Shown piece after piece: positions 1 to 12,085 of a stretch of 64,000 bases of DNA. This stretch comes from Tubiluchus corallicola. Its lineage: Eukaryota > Animalia > Priapulida. The position numbers and the translations under genes are program-made. How positions within the stretch are numbered: the first letter of the stretch is position 1; the number at the start of each line of letters is the position of its first letter. A model generated the notes under the pieces. That model worked only from the letters and a program-made list of their open reading frames with translations. It did not search any database and was not told where the DNA came from. The stretch covers positions 1-64,000 of the forward strand of contig JAQGDQ010000712.1 of the NCBI GenBank assembly GCA_030141605.1. The letters are read 5' to 3'.

Positions 1-399
1 CAAGTCTATAGACGATAGACTTTCTGTAAAGAATTAGCCGAACTTCCCGGAACTTCCCATCCATTTCAATTAAAACGCGGTGCAGATCATGCAAACACTT
101 GGTCGAAGTACAGCGGAAATGATAACCGTTTCATTAAAATGCGATGCGCAGTTGATTAAACAGGATAACCTTTAACCTCGAAAAAGCACATCTCGACTTC
201 GTGAGAAATTTCTTACTAGGTACTCACGAATGCAGACAAGGTATTGAGGATGAAATAGAAACATTCACCTAACTTTTAAGACTATCAAAGCATATTAATT
301 AATGGAGATGATTAAGCATTTTATTAATTAACATGGGTGATTGCTGATTTACTTCAAACAACAGTATAAATTTTAAGTAAATAGCCCATATAAGCCTTA

Positions 400-887
400 A
401 TAGATAAACAAATAAATGGCATTCCATGTTATTTTAAATTCAGTTAGATTTTTTGAAACTTCAATATCAGATTTCGTTTCTAGTAACTCAAGGTAAATAG
501 ACAACAGCAGCCGCTCATGCAAACATTAACAGAGTCATTTGAAGTTTTGCTAGACCTAGAACTATACTTTCTGTGTTGCAATGTTCATGCTTCTAAAATC
601 ATAAATTTAGTTTTTTTATATAATTAAATCTACTATTTAGTTTTTTTAACCAATTTGTGTTCATTGTATCAAATGAATTTAAACTACAAAACTTTTAAAT
701 CTTTTATTCATTTTTTGGATAATTTTGTAACTACTTGTGTAATTTGTACAGTTTTAGTTTGTATTTCATATTTTGCATTTTTTATGTTTATTTATATTTT
801 GTGATGTTTTAACACTCGACCTGGAAATAAAGGAGCCTGTGGCTCATTCTAGCTGTCGAGTTTAAACAAAGATCTTATCTTATCTTT
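400..887 (+). mobile_element. LINE-like 3' end with (TCTTA)n tail; related inverted copy at ~38200-38470
   Basis: GAGCCTGTGGCTCATTCTAGCT...TTTAAACAAAGATCTTATCTTATCT is matched in reverse by AGATAAGATCTTTCTTTAAA...AGCTAGAAGGAGCCACAGACTC; 5' boundary approximate. Confidence 0.55.
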
Positions 888-2519
888 TTATATTGTATTA
901 CAACTCTATGGTACAAATTTTTTTATTATAGTTTTAATCACACAAAAATTGCGTACAACAAAAGCATCCGACTTATTTCATCTACAATATGACTGTTCTG
1001 CAAAAGGAATGCGTGTTCAACTTAACATACGTGACACATTTATATGTGTCAAACAGGCTCATATAACTTGATTATATTTTTATTGCAGAATTTTATTGTA
1101 TTTGCGTACTATTTGTTTTAGTACTACATTTAAATTACTGGAGTTTTAATGTATGTAATGCCTATCTGAATGAAATGTTCCGGGGGGGATGATTGTATGT
1201 GCTGTATATAGAAGTGTTTTACTAATTCTTTACGTTTTTAACTCCTGTTTTTTATATGGAAGAAATTCTGAAATAAAGGTTTAAATTCAATTCTTATTAA
1301 CAAGTTAAAGCAAAAAGAGCATTATTATTGTTTACATACATTGTTTGTTTAAATGAAAAATACAAAAGTTCTTTTTTAACTAAATATTATGTAAAGTAAA
1401 ATTAGAGATCCATTTTGGTAAATGAGAAAAAAATCAAGAATGCTTGATTTTTAGATTAAACATTGTTCTAAATGTGTCAAGGTTCCAGTAATTAAATAAT
1501 TATGTTTATGCAATATACTATCTGGCAAAACAGATGGACGTCATCTTTTAATTAATAAATATTTCAAACGTTTTCACCAAGTATATATTAAATATCTCAC
1601 TTTCATATTCGTACACCACTCATACGGGAAGTACTTTATAGTATTTATGTAACTTCATACCATTATGTGAACTCACGCACAGCAAGCACTCGGCACGCTC
1701 ACACTCACACACGCACAGTCATGTAGCAGAAACACGAATGTGACAACACGTATTTTTACAACATTATTAAATGTTCGTTATATTTGCATGCCTATTACGA
1801 TTTTCACTGATGCCCTACAAAATGTTTAGAGCTACTTGGTATTTGGTAATGTCAAATGCAAATCAGATTTTTCGACAGTCAATCAAGATTTGTTATAATA
1901 TAATAATAGTACACCAATGTCATGATAAAGCATCTCATTATCCCTGCCTCCAAAGCCGCAGGCTTTGCATTTCAGAGGAGCTTAAGTTTTCAAAGTTTTT
2001 TTTATTTGTTGATAAAAGCTTCTGGCTTAAATGCCGGCGATAATTATTTAAATGACAGCTCAATTTACAAACCTGACTAGCGCATCTTTGCAACAAGAGC
2101 TTTATCCAGGTCTAAGCCGATTAACTCCAAGATAATTTGCTTTAATCCTAGCCAGGATAATTACAATTATGGAGGTTTTCTTTGTAAACGAATGAGATGA
2201 TGATGTTAATCCCATTACCGTTTGAACACTGCGAAGTTGACGTCGCGAATATTATCCATTCGCTGTGCTTTTTTTCTCAAATACAGTAGGCGCCGCTTAA
2301 ACAGACTCATCACGGTTAATAGACTCATTCGCTTACCTGACTAAAAAACGCCTGGAACAGGGATAGATGTTCCGTGTAAGAACATCACGAAATGTTGGAA
2401 AACTTCTAATGTGCTAACATGCCATGTGGAACACACACAAAGGACTTACAACTCTTATATGAGGTTTACATCACACGCACTCTCATCACTGCATCGTTGT
2501 CCTTCATCAAGCCTCTAAA

Positions 2520-2643
2520 CCAAGAACGCCAAGCCAAGAATGCCAACCTGCCAAGAACGCTACACCGCCAAGAACGCCACGCCACCAAGAATGCCAAGCC
2601 GCCAAGAATGCCAAGCGCCAAGAATGCCAAGCGCCAAGAACGC
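2520..2643. repeat. GC-rich minisatellite, ~8 units built on GCCAAGAA(C/T)GCCA
   Basis: Direct reading; period about 14-18 nt. Confidence 0.85.
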
Positions 2644-4039
2644 TTCGTTTAAGAATATCCAGTTCATATTCAATATCTATGTTCAATATTGGGAAATATT
2701 TAATTAACATGCATTTGCTTTGGCATTGACTGACTAATTAACTACCTTAACTGCCTAGCTAATTAACTAATTTGATTACAAAAAGTGCAGCCTTGAATAA
2801 AGTTGGTGTATCCATTGTTTAAATGATAGTTTGTTTATTTGCAGCGTGTAAACTCATATCACAATTAGTATCGTTGAAAATTTTACAGATTTAATTTAAT
2901 TGCACCATTGAAAGGAAAACTTGTCAAATATGAATCAATATATTGAAATTAAACAACAAAATTATATGAAGTTTCAAACTGCCACTGAGGTATGTTACCA
3001 GAGGAGAAAAAACAGAAAAAAGGAAAACTCATATAAGGTAAATGAAATGACGTATTACCAAATTACAACAGGACTCACTAATCGTATATAATAAGTAAGT
3101 TTTGAGTCTAAACCTCCACTCGTCATATGTGTGATGAAAAGTGCTATTGAGAGAACTGTCTCACTGATAAGGGATATATCTGGTAACACTCTTATCTAGC
3201 TGGACCACAGGGATGTGTCGAGCTCATTTCACAACATATCGTTCTTGGAACGCCAATGAGGTAGTTAATCAGGCGGGATGAATAACTTTCGTATTCTAAT
3301 TTTCCGTTTTCTAATGGGTACGGCATTATTTTCGTCGGGACATATAGACAAAGTAGAAACTTAGTTTATGTCTGGCAATTCCCTATTCCGAGAGAACATG
3401 TACTTTCGAGTTTTTAAGAATCAAACGGAAAATACATACTTAAGGAACTTATGCTGTGGGATCCTACTGCACATTTCCCTGTGGTATCACTGCCTAGATG
3501 TGATATATGTTTCTGCCAATTTCTGCCAATAACATGGAAACATCGTTTGGGAAATAAAGGTAGGAAGTGTGATATTACTTCTAATTATATTTTTTAGGAA
3601 TACAGTGACACAAATAATACACCTTGTATGTATTGATGTGCGATAATATCACGGCAAACGTATTTCCTATGAAATACTGCAATTAGTTTAGTAACAACTC
3701 CCTTCATTAAGTAGGTCTAAACGTCTAATCACTAACCACGTGTTAGCTCTAAACATTAATCTACGAAATTCACTATTTCAGCTACGTTTATGACACATGA
3801 TAATCCAGTACGCTTCTCACATAATCATATATTAGTCGCTCATTTGCTTCTTCATTTGTTCGTTCGTTCGCTCATTCATCCTTTTGATTCATCTATTCAC
3901 TCATTCGTTCCTTCTTTCGTTCGTTTGTATGTTCACTTCTTCCTTCTTTGCTTCTTTCACCAGTTGAGTTGTTTATTTGTTCGTTCATTTGTTCATTCGT
4001 CCTGTTAGTCATTTGCTTGTTGGTATTTTTTAAATGATA

Positions 4040-5935
4040 ATGACTGTTGGTGCTTTTTGGATGGTCGACGTGTGTTTCATAGTGTACACCAGTGGGATTT
4101 TTAAGAAGAAAAAAGCAGAAGATATTGACATTGAACATTTTGAAAACCTCGGTATTAAAAACGATCAGTATACAGCTATGTTTGTCCAGCAAATACCCGA
4201 AAAAGTTCAAGAAAAGCTCAGATCTTTGGGTCCTCAAACGATGCATGCATCGTGTCAGACGAAAGAAGCGACACTTTTCGTGAAGCTCTTGCTTGCCTTT
4301 GTTTAGATCTTCACCCTCCAGATGGCCCTCCTGCAGTACTCAGAGTGGATCCTGCTCCTGGCTTTCGTGCTCTTGCCAATTACAGCATTCTTCTGCAACT
4401 GGGTCTTTCTCTGGAAATTGGACGTATCAAAAATCCAAATAAGATCCCAGTTGCTGAGCGTGCCATCCAGGAATTGTAAGAAAAAAAAGAACTTTTGCGC
4501 CACGAACCCGGAGGCGGACCCGTATCTCGTTTAGGTTTGTCTATGGCTCTTACTCGCCTAAATTCTCCCATCTTGGTGGCTTGTCCTCCCGGGAGTTATG
4601 GACACAGCATGACCAGTTCTCTCATGACCAGTTACCCATTTCCGACAGAGATACTATCATATCCCAACGCACACAGCGCCAGGCCAATCACTCACACAGT
4701 GAATCCTCTAAATGTCCCAGTAGACGAAATCTAAATCCCCCTGTTATCACTACAGGAGACTTAGTCTACCTTTACTCCGATCGCGATAAAACCTAGGCAC
4801 GCAGCAGGTATCTTGTCACTGGTATTAATGGGGAATGGCTCTTTATCAAAAAATTTACTGGCTCGCAATTGCGTGCCTCATCTTATAAAATAAAGCACTA
4901 TGAATGTTATTTAGTTCCGACCACACCGATCATGATAAGTATCCTCTGCCTCTGTTAAAACATAGTTTCTGCGATGATGACGATAACTCTGAGGCTGTGT
5001 CTACTGTTCCAATTCCCCATCAGCCATTGACACCCACCACTCTTTCTTCACCACCATCTGACAGCCATACAGACAAGGCAACTGCTGGCCCTTAGCAGTT
5101 GTTCCCGATTTGCGACACTTCAACCGAGCAATCTATCCCTCCAGCCACTGATTATTCTCATCCGAAACGCAGTCGTCGCCCCCCAAAATATCTTGCTGAC
5201 TATGTTACCCGAATTTTATCTTTTTTCTTTATCATTTACATATCAAGTCGTAATTGTGCCTTTTTGACTTTATAATGTAAGTTACACACGAACTTTGTAT
5301 TGCCTTTTTGAGTAACATAATCTGATAATATTACTCTAAATCATTGACTTAATGCTACAACTCTTTCCTGTTAGTTCTATTATAGTCTTGCTGTATTTCT
5401 TTGGTCATCTGTGTATTACCTCTTTCTATATATGTAATATTGTGACAGCTTCTGTCTTGGTATACAGTAATTGAGTAACCGTTCACATTTTGTTGTTTAA
5501 CACACTTATATTCGTATTACTGTATAAGCACATACTGTTTCATGATAAATAACGTATATTAATGTTGTGCACTAATGCTTTTGTGGACCGCACATCGTGG
5601 ATTGCGATATTTCATAAATTACATGCTATATCGTTTGTATTGTAATTCTAGTTAAAAGTTTCACTTTTCGTGTCATATTACATGTATACTAAATGTTGTT
5701 TGATTTTGTTTCTAGCCATTGGTTAAGAAAAAGGAAAAGAGAAGCCTCGCCAGTATACATGCATGCTGGTAGTGTTATCAACTTTACCCCTTTTGCAAAG
5801 TGGCTTTTTTGTTTCCAACTTCTTCGTTTTTTGGCTGTGCTCATCTTTCTAGTTATCACCTCGTTACTTTCCGAGTTATAATAAAGTTGTTAAATTTATT
5901 CTTGTCGTCTTGGTGCTTGAGAGAGAGCTGGTACA
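4040..5935 (+). mobile_element. Decayed, internally deleted Ty3/Gypsy LTR retrotransposon (integrase remnant, PPT, 3' LTR)
   Basis: Frameshifted integrase core/C-terminus: LRVDPAPGF...IGRIKNPNKIPVAERAIQEL, SSRELWTQHDQF, GDLVYLYSDRDKT*ARSRYLV, PKRSRRPPKYLADY; 20-nt purine tract at 5725-5744; following segment has AATAAA and ends GGTACA at 5935. Confidence 0.85.
5745..5935 (+). repeat. Probable 3' LTR of the Gypsy remnant
   Basis: Directly follows the polypurine tract; contains AATAAA; ends in CA; canonical TG start is lost. Confidence 0.55.
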
Positions 5936-6688
5936 TTCTTTAATTAATGGCGTAGCAGTTTTTAACAGCTCATAACATGTACAATTGCACAGGAGTTTTC
6001 AACCACACACATGCCCGGTAAGCACGAAACACTCATATATGTCATATTAACCCCTTCAGCCATCTAATTAGCTCCAAATGTCAGCAAACAGAACTAGTAA
6101 ATAATAACAAAAAGGTCACCAATTCGATTCGTCTCCTGAACAACTAAAGCAAAATTGTCGCTGAGGGATTGAAACTAAAACTACAATTACATATGCAAGG
6201 TAATAATTATAGCAAATGGAAAATAGCAAACATCACAATAAAAGTGTATTGCTTATTTTCAATAATAATAAATCATTTTTGAATATTCACAATTCATTTA
6301 ATATTGAAAAATGATTTATTAATATTAATATTAAAAAAACATTTATGAATATTCATAATTTATTTATTAATATTAAAAAAATAAGCATTAAATTCCACTT
6401 GGCCTTCCATAAATATGCATACATTTCGACAACTTCATTTTCAGAGGGGTAAGCTGAATGGGGTAACCAGCATCCTGGGTGAGGATTGGGGGTCAATGAC
6501 CACTATAGACACAGCTGTATCAATTGGTGATTAACTTTCTTCCCTACTCATAGAAGCACATACATAGGTGTCAAAACATTGAAACACCCTGGGTTGACAG
6601 TGCAGTCCCACTTATCTCTATTATCGTTGTTTACATATCAAGCAAAACTATCTGTGGTGTATAAGTCACTATAACCTAGTACCTAGAT

Positions 6689-7446
6689 CAGGGGTGTGCA
6701 AATTATCTGACTAGTCGGGCCACATTAAACATTCCCGCAATTCCTGTGGGACACATGCAGTTTGGTCAAGGAGCCAAGTACAGCAGGACCTAATAACGAT
6801 TTTTTTTGCATCCGATTTGCGCACATCATTACTACTGCACTACTACACTCAAAAAGCTATTTTAGAAGTTATTAAAATTTATATTAAAAGCTATATATTT
6901 CTACTTTCACGACAGATAGTGGTAACAGTCTGTGTAGTACAGTGCATATTAATCTGTCTTGTCTGGCTGTTCTTCAATCTTCCTCTTTTTCTTATCCACG
7001 TTTCTGATCTAATAGAACTCTACATCTGATGAAATGATGAAATAGCCACTGATTGAGGCGTGTAATACTGAGCCGAAGCTCAAATCTGGGAATTCCGCTA
7101 TATCAGGGGTGACCACACTTTTTCAGCTTGCGGCTACTTACAAATTGGTCTGCCCAGTCGTGCTTTTGGTCATAGTAGATAGATAATTTTGACTTGGTTA
7201 TTTGTTTTGAATGGTGGCTTCCGTGATAGTTTGCTGTGTTCTGTTATTACATCGGTTTTTGTGTTCCAAGTGAGCAACGTTAAATTTCGTCATGTCCGAC
7301 AGTGACATTAAGTGACAACCGTCTTGTAAGGGTTAATGCCATCCAATCTAGAGGAAAAAACTACGCGCACTATCTTTGCGATATTGGCGCGGACTTCAGC
7401 TGGGTCGCGTGGGCCGCACTTGCGGCCCGCAGTTTGCACACCCCTG
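6689..7446. mobile_element. Non-autonomous hAT (Charlie-like) DNA transposon, 758 bp
   Basis: Perfect 14-bp TIR CAGGGGTGTGCAAA / TTTGCACACCCCTG and perfect 8-bp TSD ACCTAGAT (6681-6688, 7447-7454). Confidence 0.92.
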
Positions 7447-7904
7447 ACCTAGATGGTTAATTACATGTACATTTGCACGGCACCTACATCTAAGCAAGCT
7501 GCGCTCCTACTTGTGGTGTAATAGTTTTATACAAAAACTGAACGTATAAAAGCGGACTCTGTAACTGGTTGTGGTGTGTTATAAACTAAGTGCTTTAGAT
7601 CAATATGAAAGGATACATATTTTCAGAAGTGAATAATATTTTTTTAACATTTAGGCCCTGGCGTCCTTCAAATTTGGTGCTCTAGGCTACAGCCTAGTTA
7701 GGCAATTGGTAGATACGCCCTGCACACGCAAATACACATGTATATGTGTTTTGTTAAAATCAAAGCGGAATTAAAGGTTTAGCACAATGTTCTGTTCCTA
7801 AGTATTTTATACATTACATCAGTAAAAAATTAGAGCTCTCATGCTGGATAATGTTCCAAAATTAAAATTAGATAAAAATGGTCTTTTACAGAAGTGTGGC
7901 ACAC

Positions 7905-8225
7905 TTAGTGCACATCACTAACAAGAACAATCTCAGCTGGGCAAAAGCCGCATTTTCTGTGCGACTCCATTATCAATTTATTTGGAAATGGGAGACCGCA
8001 CACACATTTCTGAAATGAGTGCTGATCAAGTAAGTGTGTGCGGAGATCATCCACTTGTATGCACATAAAGTTGCACAATTTGCATAGAAAACGGTAGCTA
8101 CACTCGCAGAGGTCCTCTGGTTCAACAGTGCAGAAGTTGGAGTCAGCGTAAATTTTCTTACAAGAGTGGCACAAGCGAGGCTGATGATTGAATGATCCTC
8201 GTATATTCTGTAGATCTCTTGCCAC
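7905..8225 (-). CDS. Zinc-finger gene, terminal coding exon (C-terminal fingers)
   Basis: Acceptor ttttcttcctgtag|GTG phase 0; FLCKLCNFMCIQVDDLRTHLLDQH (C2H2) and KCVCGLPFPNKLIMESHRKC; TAA at 7907-7905. Confidence 0.75.
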   Translation of the reverse strand: MARDLQNIRGSFNHQPRLCHSCKKIYADSNFCTVEPEDLCECSYRFLCKLCNFMCIQVDDLRTHLLDQHSFQKCVCGLPFPNKLIMESHRKCGFCPAEIVLVSDVH

Positions 8226-8879
8226 CTACAGGAAGAAAAACGTATAGATGTGAAAAAACCACGAAGAACAAAAGTAGCTCGCCAGGTGTTCACGAACATA
8301 GTATCATTAAGATCAAAATAACAAAATTGCACTTAGCACTGCCACTGCCACTTGTTGGACTTCAGCCACCTCCCTGGCTGGCTCCTGGTATATCATGGAG
8401 CTAGATGATAGTATTTTATATTATTGTTATTATATTATTAAATTATTGCAAGCATACGTCCTGACTTTACAACTATGGGCAATGATGATCAATAATTTAT
8501 TTGTTTTATGCAGGAAGCAATAACTAAGAACTATTAATAATTGTTTGTCATTTAATAAGTAAATGTTTGCTCAGTAGAATCTATAAAACTTAATATTTAT
8601 ACAATTTGATTGTTAACTTTGTTATCAATTTTAGAGTGGTGTGTTTGCATGTATAGTTGGGTTTATGGCATACATCAGGGTTTTATGTTATTTTTATGTT
8701 TCTTGATGTGTTATGTACCATACCTTGTACTTATATTTGTGGATTTCTTTGGCATTTTGTGATTAATGACCGTGTGTTCTTGTAAATATGATTTCATCTA
8801 ATAAATTATAAGTAATTATTATTCTGTGACTGAGTAAGACAATGGTGAACAATTAATGAGCTCAAACACTTGAACTTAC

Positions 8880-9894
8880 AGCATCAAATCCCACAGTACT
8901 CTGGACAGCTTGCTGTGGAAGTAACGTACTCAACCGATCGGGTTTTGAATGTTGAATAGAGCACTGGAATGATTCTGATAAGTTTTGCTGTAGAGTTACT
9001 TGGACAGGTAACTGTGGTTCCGCCCTGCAACCAGAATGAGATCCACCACTCAATGGTGACGTTACACTTACAGCTCCATCAATGGAATTTGGAGAAGCTA
9101 GTTTATCTTTGTTCTGTTTATGCCCTCTTGCTGTGCTTACTACATGTTCACCAGGTACATTGTCATTTCTTCTGTCAGCCTTCAGACTGGAAATGGTAAG
9201 TTGATTTTTATGGGGTGGAACAGATTCTTCACTCTGACTGCTATGACTCATATCTTTCACAGTTGCTTCTTTGTCATCACCAAGGATGCACGCAATTTTT
9301 TTAGTTACATCTCCACTTAGCCTTTTGTCAAGCACGTCTCTAAATGCCTTCATTCTATCTCTCTGCATCTTTGAAGCTACACTTGTAATGATGCCCCTAA
9401 GTGTACTGCCCCTGTTTTGCGTATTTTTAATGTGCTGTTTGTCTAATGGTGGAGGGGTAATGCTTTGAGTATTGTTGCTATCCTGATTTTCCCCATGATC
9501 ATTTTTATGAGATCTCTCTGTTGTTGAATGTTTGGTGTTGTGAGCCCCACCTTTTCCTAAGCATACTTTCATGTGTGCTTCCATAATTATTACAGAAGTA
9601 ATTATCATTCGAACTTTGCACTGGCAGCAAGTTACCAATTGGTTCAGGTGTTTTTCCTCGACATGTTTCCTGTACAATTTCCATGTACTGCACATTAATC
9701 CACAAATGCATTTCTTGTCTCTCTGAACTGCACTTTTTGCAAATTTGCACTTCTCAAGTTTTAACTGTAATCTGCTCGTGGAAGAGTGAGTTGTTTGGGG
9801 TTTCTTTCTGCCTCTGCTATTGGACTTCACTTTTTTAATAGGAACATGTGGAGTGTCTGTCTTTCTTGCAGGAGTACAAGAGTGTGATTTCAGT
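8880..9894 (-). CDS. Zinc-finger gene, large coding exon 2 (two atypical fingers plus low-complexity S/Q/K-rich region)
   Basis: Acceptor ttttttctag|A in frame with the 322-aa ORF; motifs CICGLMCSTWKLYRKHVEEKH and CQCKVRMIITSVIIMEAHMKVC; donor GCT|gtaagt at 8880 is the best guess, other donors are possible. Confidence 0.75.
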
Positions 9895-10453
9895 CTAGAA
9901 AAAAATACGACATATCAAACTAAAATTGCGACGTCAATTATAATAACTTCCAGAAGTTACAATATCAATTATTACACCTAGAAAAACCCTTCCATTCAAA
10001 AACACTCCTGTACTGGGACCAGTCCCAGCCCGCATGTGCCATGCAGGAACAGAGATACTCTTAGCTACTGTGCTAATGACTTGTGACTAATGTGTTTCTC
10101 AGCTTTTCCAAACATTTCCTAGTCTGTCAATTACTAAAACATGCTAGCTGACATTACCTAATAAAATATAGATTATCAGTTAGTAGTGTAATTATCCTGC
10201 ACAGTTTTGCATAGGATAATAAAAAATTACGTGCACTAAATGAAATACATTCAATGGGCACCAGCTTATGATGCTTCCAAGCTCTGTCTTGTCCACAGAT
10301 GTTAACACCACTGTACCACCCTCTATTAACATTAATAAAATAATATTTTAAATTAACAAAAACTAATGTACTTTTAAACAGTGTGCATTTTCAAGATAAA
10401 GTTTTTTTTGTAAATTTTACAGCAAAAAACAAGCTTGCGCTGGACATTCTTAC

Positions 10454-10689
10454 CTTGATGGAAAACAAAAACGTCTTCCGCATTTCTTACATCTGAATCT
10501 CTGATATTTCAGTATTTTGTGTATGCAGCCTAAATGCTCTCGCAAATGAGCAGACGTGTAAAATAGCTTTCCACAAGAAGTACATTCGTGTTTCCTATCT
10601 TCTCCTCGACATATTAGAACGTGTCTTTCATATGCTGTGTCGTCACGAAAGGAATGACAACACTGACGGCATTTTTTCTCCGCCTCCAT
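10454..10689 (-). CDS. Zinc-finger gene, coding exon 1 (CRQC..H..C, CTSC..H..H, CKKC..)
   Basis: ATG 10689; canonical finger HECTSCGKLFYTSAHLREHLGCIH; donor AG|gtaaga phase 2; the third finger is completed across the splice (CKKCGRRFCFPSR|LKSHSC). Confidence 0.82.
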
Positions 10690-11249
10690 ACTAGCAGTTG
10701 AGCGGGAAAAATTAACTCACAGCAGCTACTGATCTCAGCATGGTTTGCATCGGGGGGAAAACCATGCTGCCCAAACCTTGGTTTTGTCCATCTGCGCAGG
10801 AGTTTGAAAATTGACGGTGGTTAACACTCGCACTTCGATACGTCACATTAATTTCAAGGCAAAGCCGTCAACGCGGTTAGTACTCCTCGCATCTGGAGTA
10901 AGCTGTTTAAAGTCTGAACAATAACGAATTTTGGCGTACGGTGTCTATCACACATGCTGTTCTGTTCAACCGTACTTAGTGCTCAGTAACCTGCACAAAT
11001 TATTGAAAGGGTAGGGGCCACTCCCTTAAAACTGCCGTGCCATATAAGCTATGTTTACTGTACACATGTAAAAAGTTAAAATAATATGTGGTAAATATCC
11101 TGGTGCGCGGGAAAATACTTTCATTTACAAAAATTGTTACATCTTGGTTTTTGGGACGAACAAAATTAGTCTGTCATCAAAATATGTGATACCAACTTCA
11201 ACTACCGAACCTTTTACAGAACTTTGGCTTTCAAAAGGTTTTATTGGTG

Positions 11250-12085
11250 CCTCTGCTACAGCTAATCAGGCATTACAATGGGCGAACGCCAATAACCTAA
11301 ATTTCAATATGTCTAAATTAAATGAAATGATTGTGACTTTCATGACTAAGCCTCCTGATATTCCTTCTGTGATCTCTCTAATGTGAAGGAAAAAAGACTT
11401 GATTCGGCTAAACTTTTAGGCATACAAATAGTTAAAGATTTAACATGGAACATCCATGTCCATTCCATTTATACTAAAGTGAGTAAAAGAATTTTGCGAC
11501 TAGTGAAAAGAGCTAGGACATCTTTCAAATAATATAATAAAAATGTACTGTACCGTGATTAGGCCAGTTGTTGAATACGCTTGTCAGGCATGGCACTCAT
11601 CTCTTTCCCAGAATTTCTCTGATTTGTTAGAAACAGATCAAAAGTGCTCATTGAGAATAATTTTTTTCAAATGAAAACTACGCAAAAGCTCTAATTTTGG
11701 CTAATCTTCAACTTTATTTAATCGTCGCCAAAATTCTTGCAAAAAGTTGTTTTTATCAATTCAAAATCCAAATAACAAAATCCACACTCTATTGCCAGAT
11801 GCCCATACTCCATATTTGAAATACCCCTTACGTAAATGCAGAACAGAGAGATTAAAGAACAGTTTTATCCCATATGGCTTATTTAATTTCTAAACTTAAG
11901 TTTTACTCGTTTAATTTTAATTTATTTTGTTCATGTATCTTGTAACAGTAATAGTGCTTGTCGCTGTACGTTCTATCTTGCTTATTCTTTTTAAAAAAAT
12001 TTATAGTGCAATTTTACGCTGTATTGTAATTCAGCATTTTGGTTGTAATGATGATAAATAAACTTATTATTATTATTATTATTTT
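11250..12085 (+). mobile_element. 5'-truncated LINE (CR1/L2-group) RT C-terminus and 3' tail
   Basis: Broken frames QWANANNLNFNMSKLNEM, KLLGIQIVKDLTWNIHV, YCTVIRPVVEYACQAWHSSL, RTERLKNSFIP; AATAAA followed by a (TTA)n tail. Confidence 0.85.

Noticed and set aside
2520-2643. Regularly spaced repeats as a CRISPR array or repeat protein (ORFs 2419-2652, 2507-2710)
   Set aside because: Units are adjacent with no unique spacers, there are no cas genes, the context is eukaryotic, and the ORFs are by-products of the repeat.
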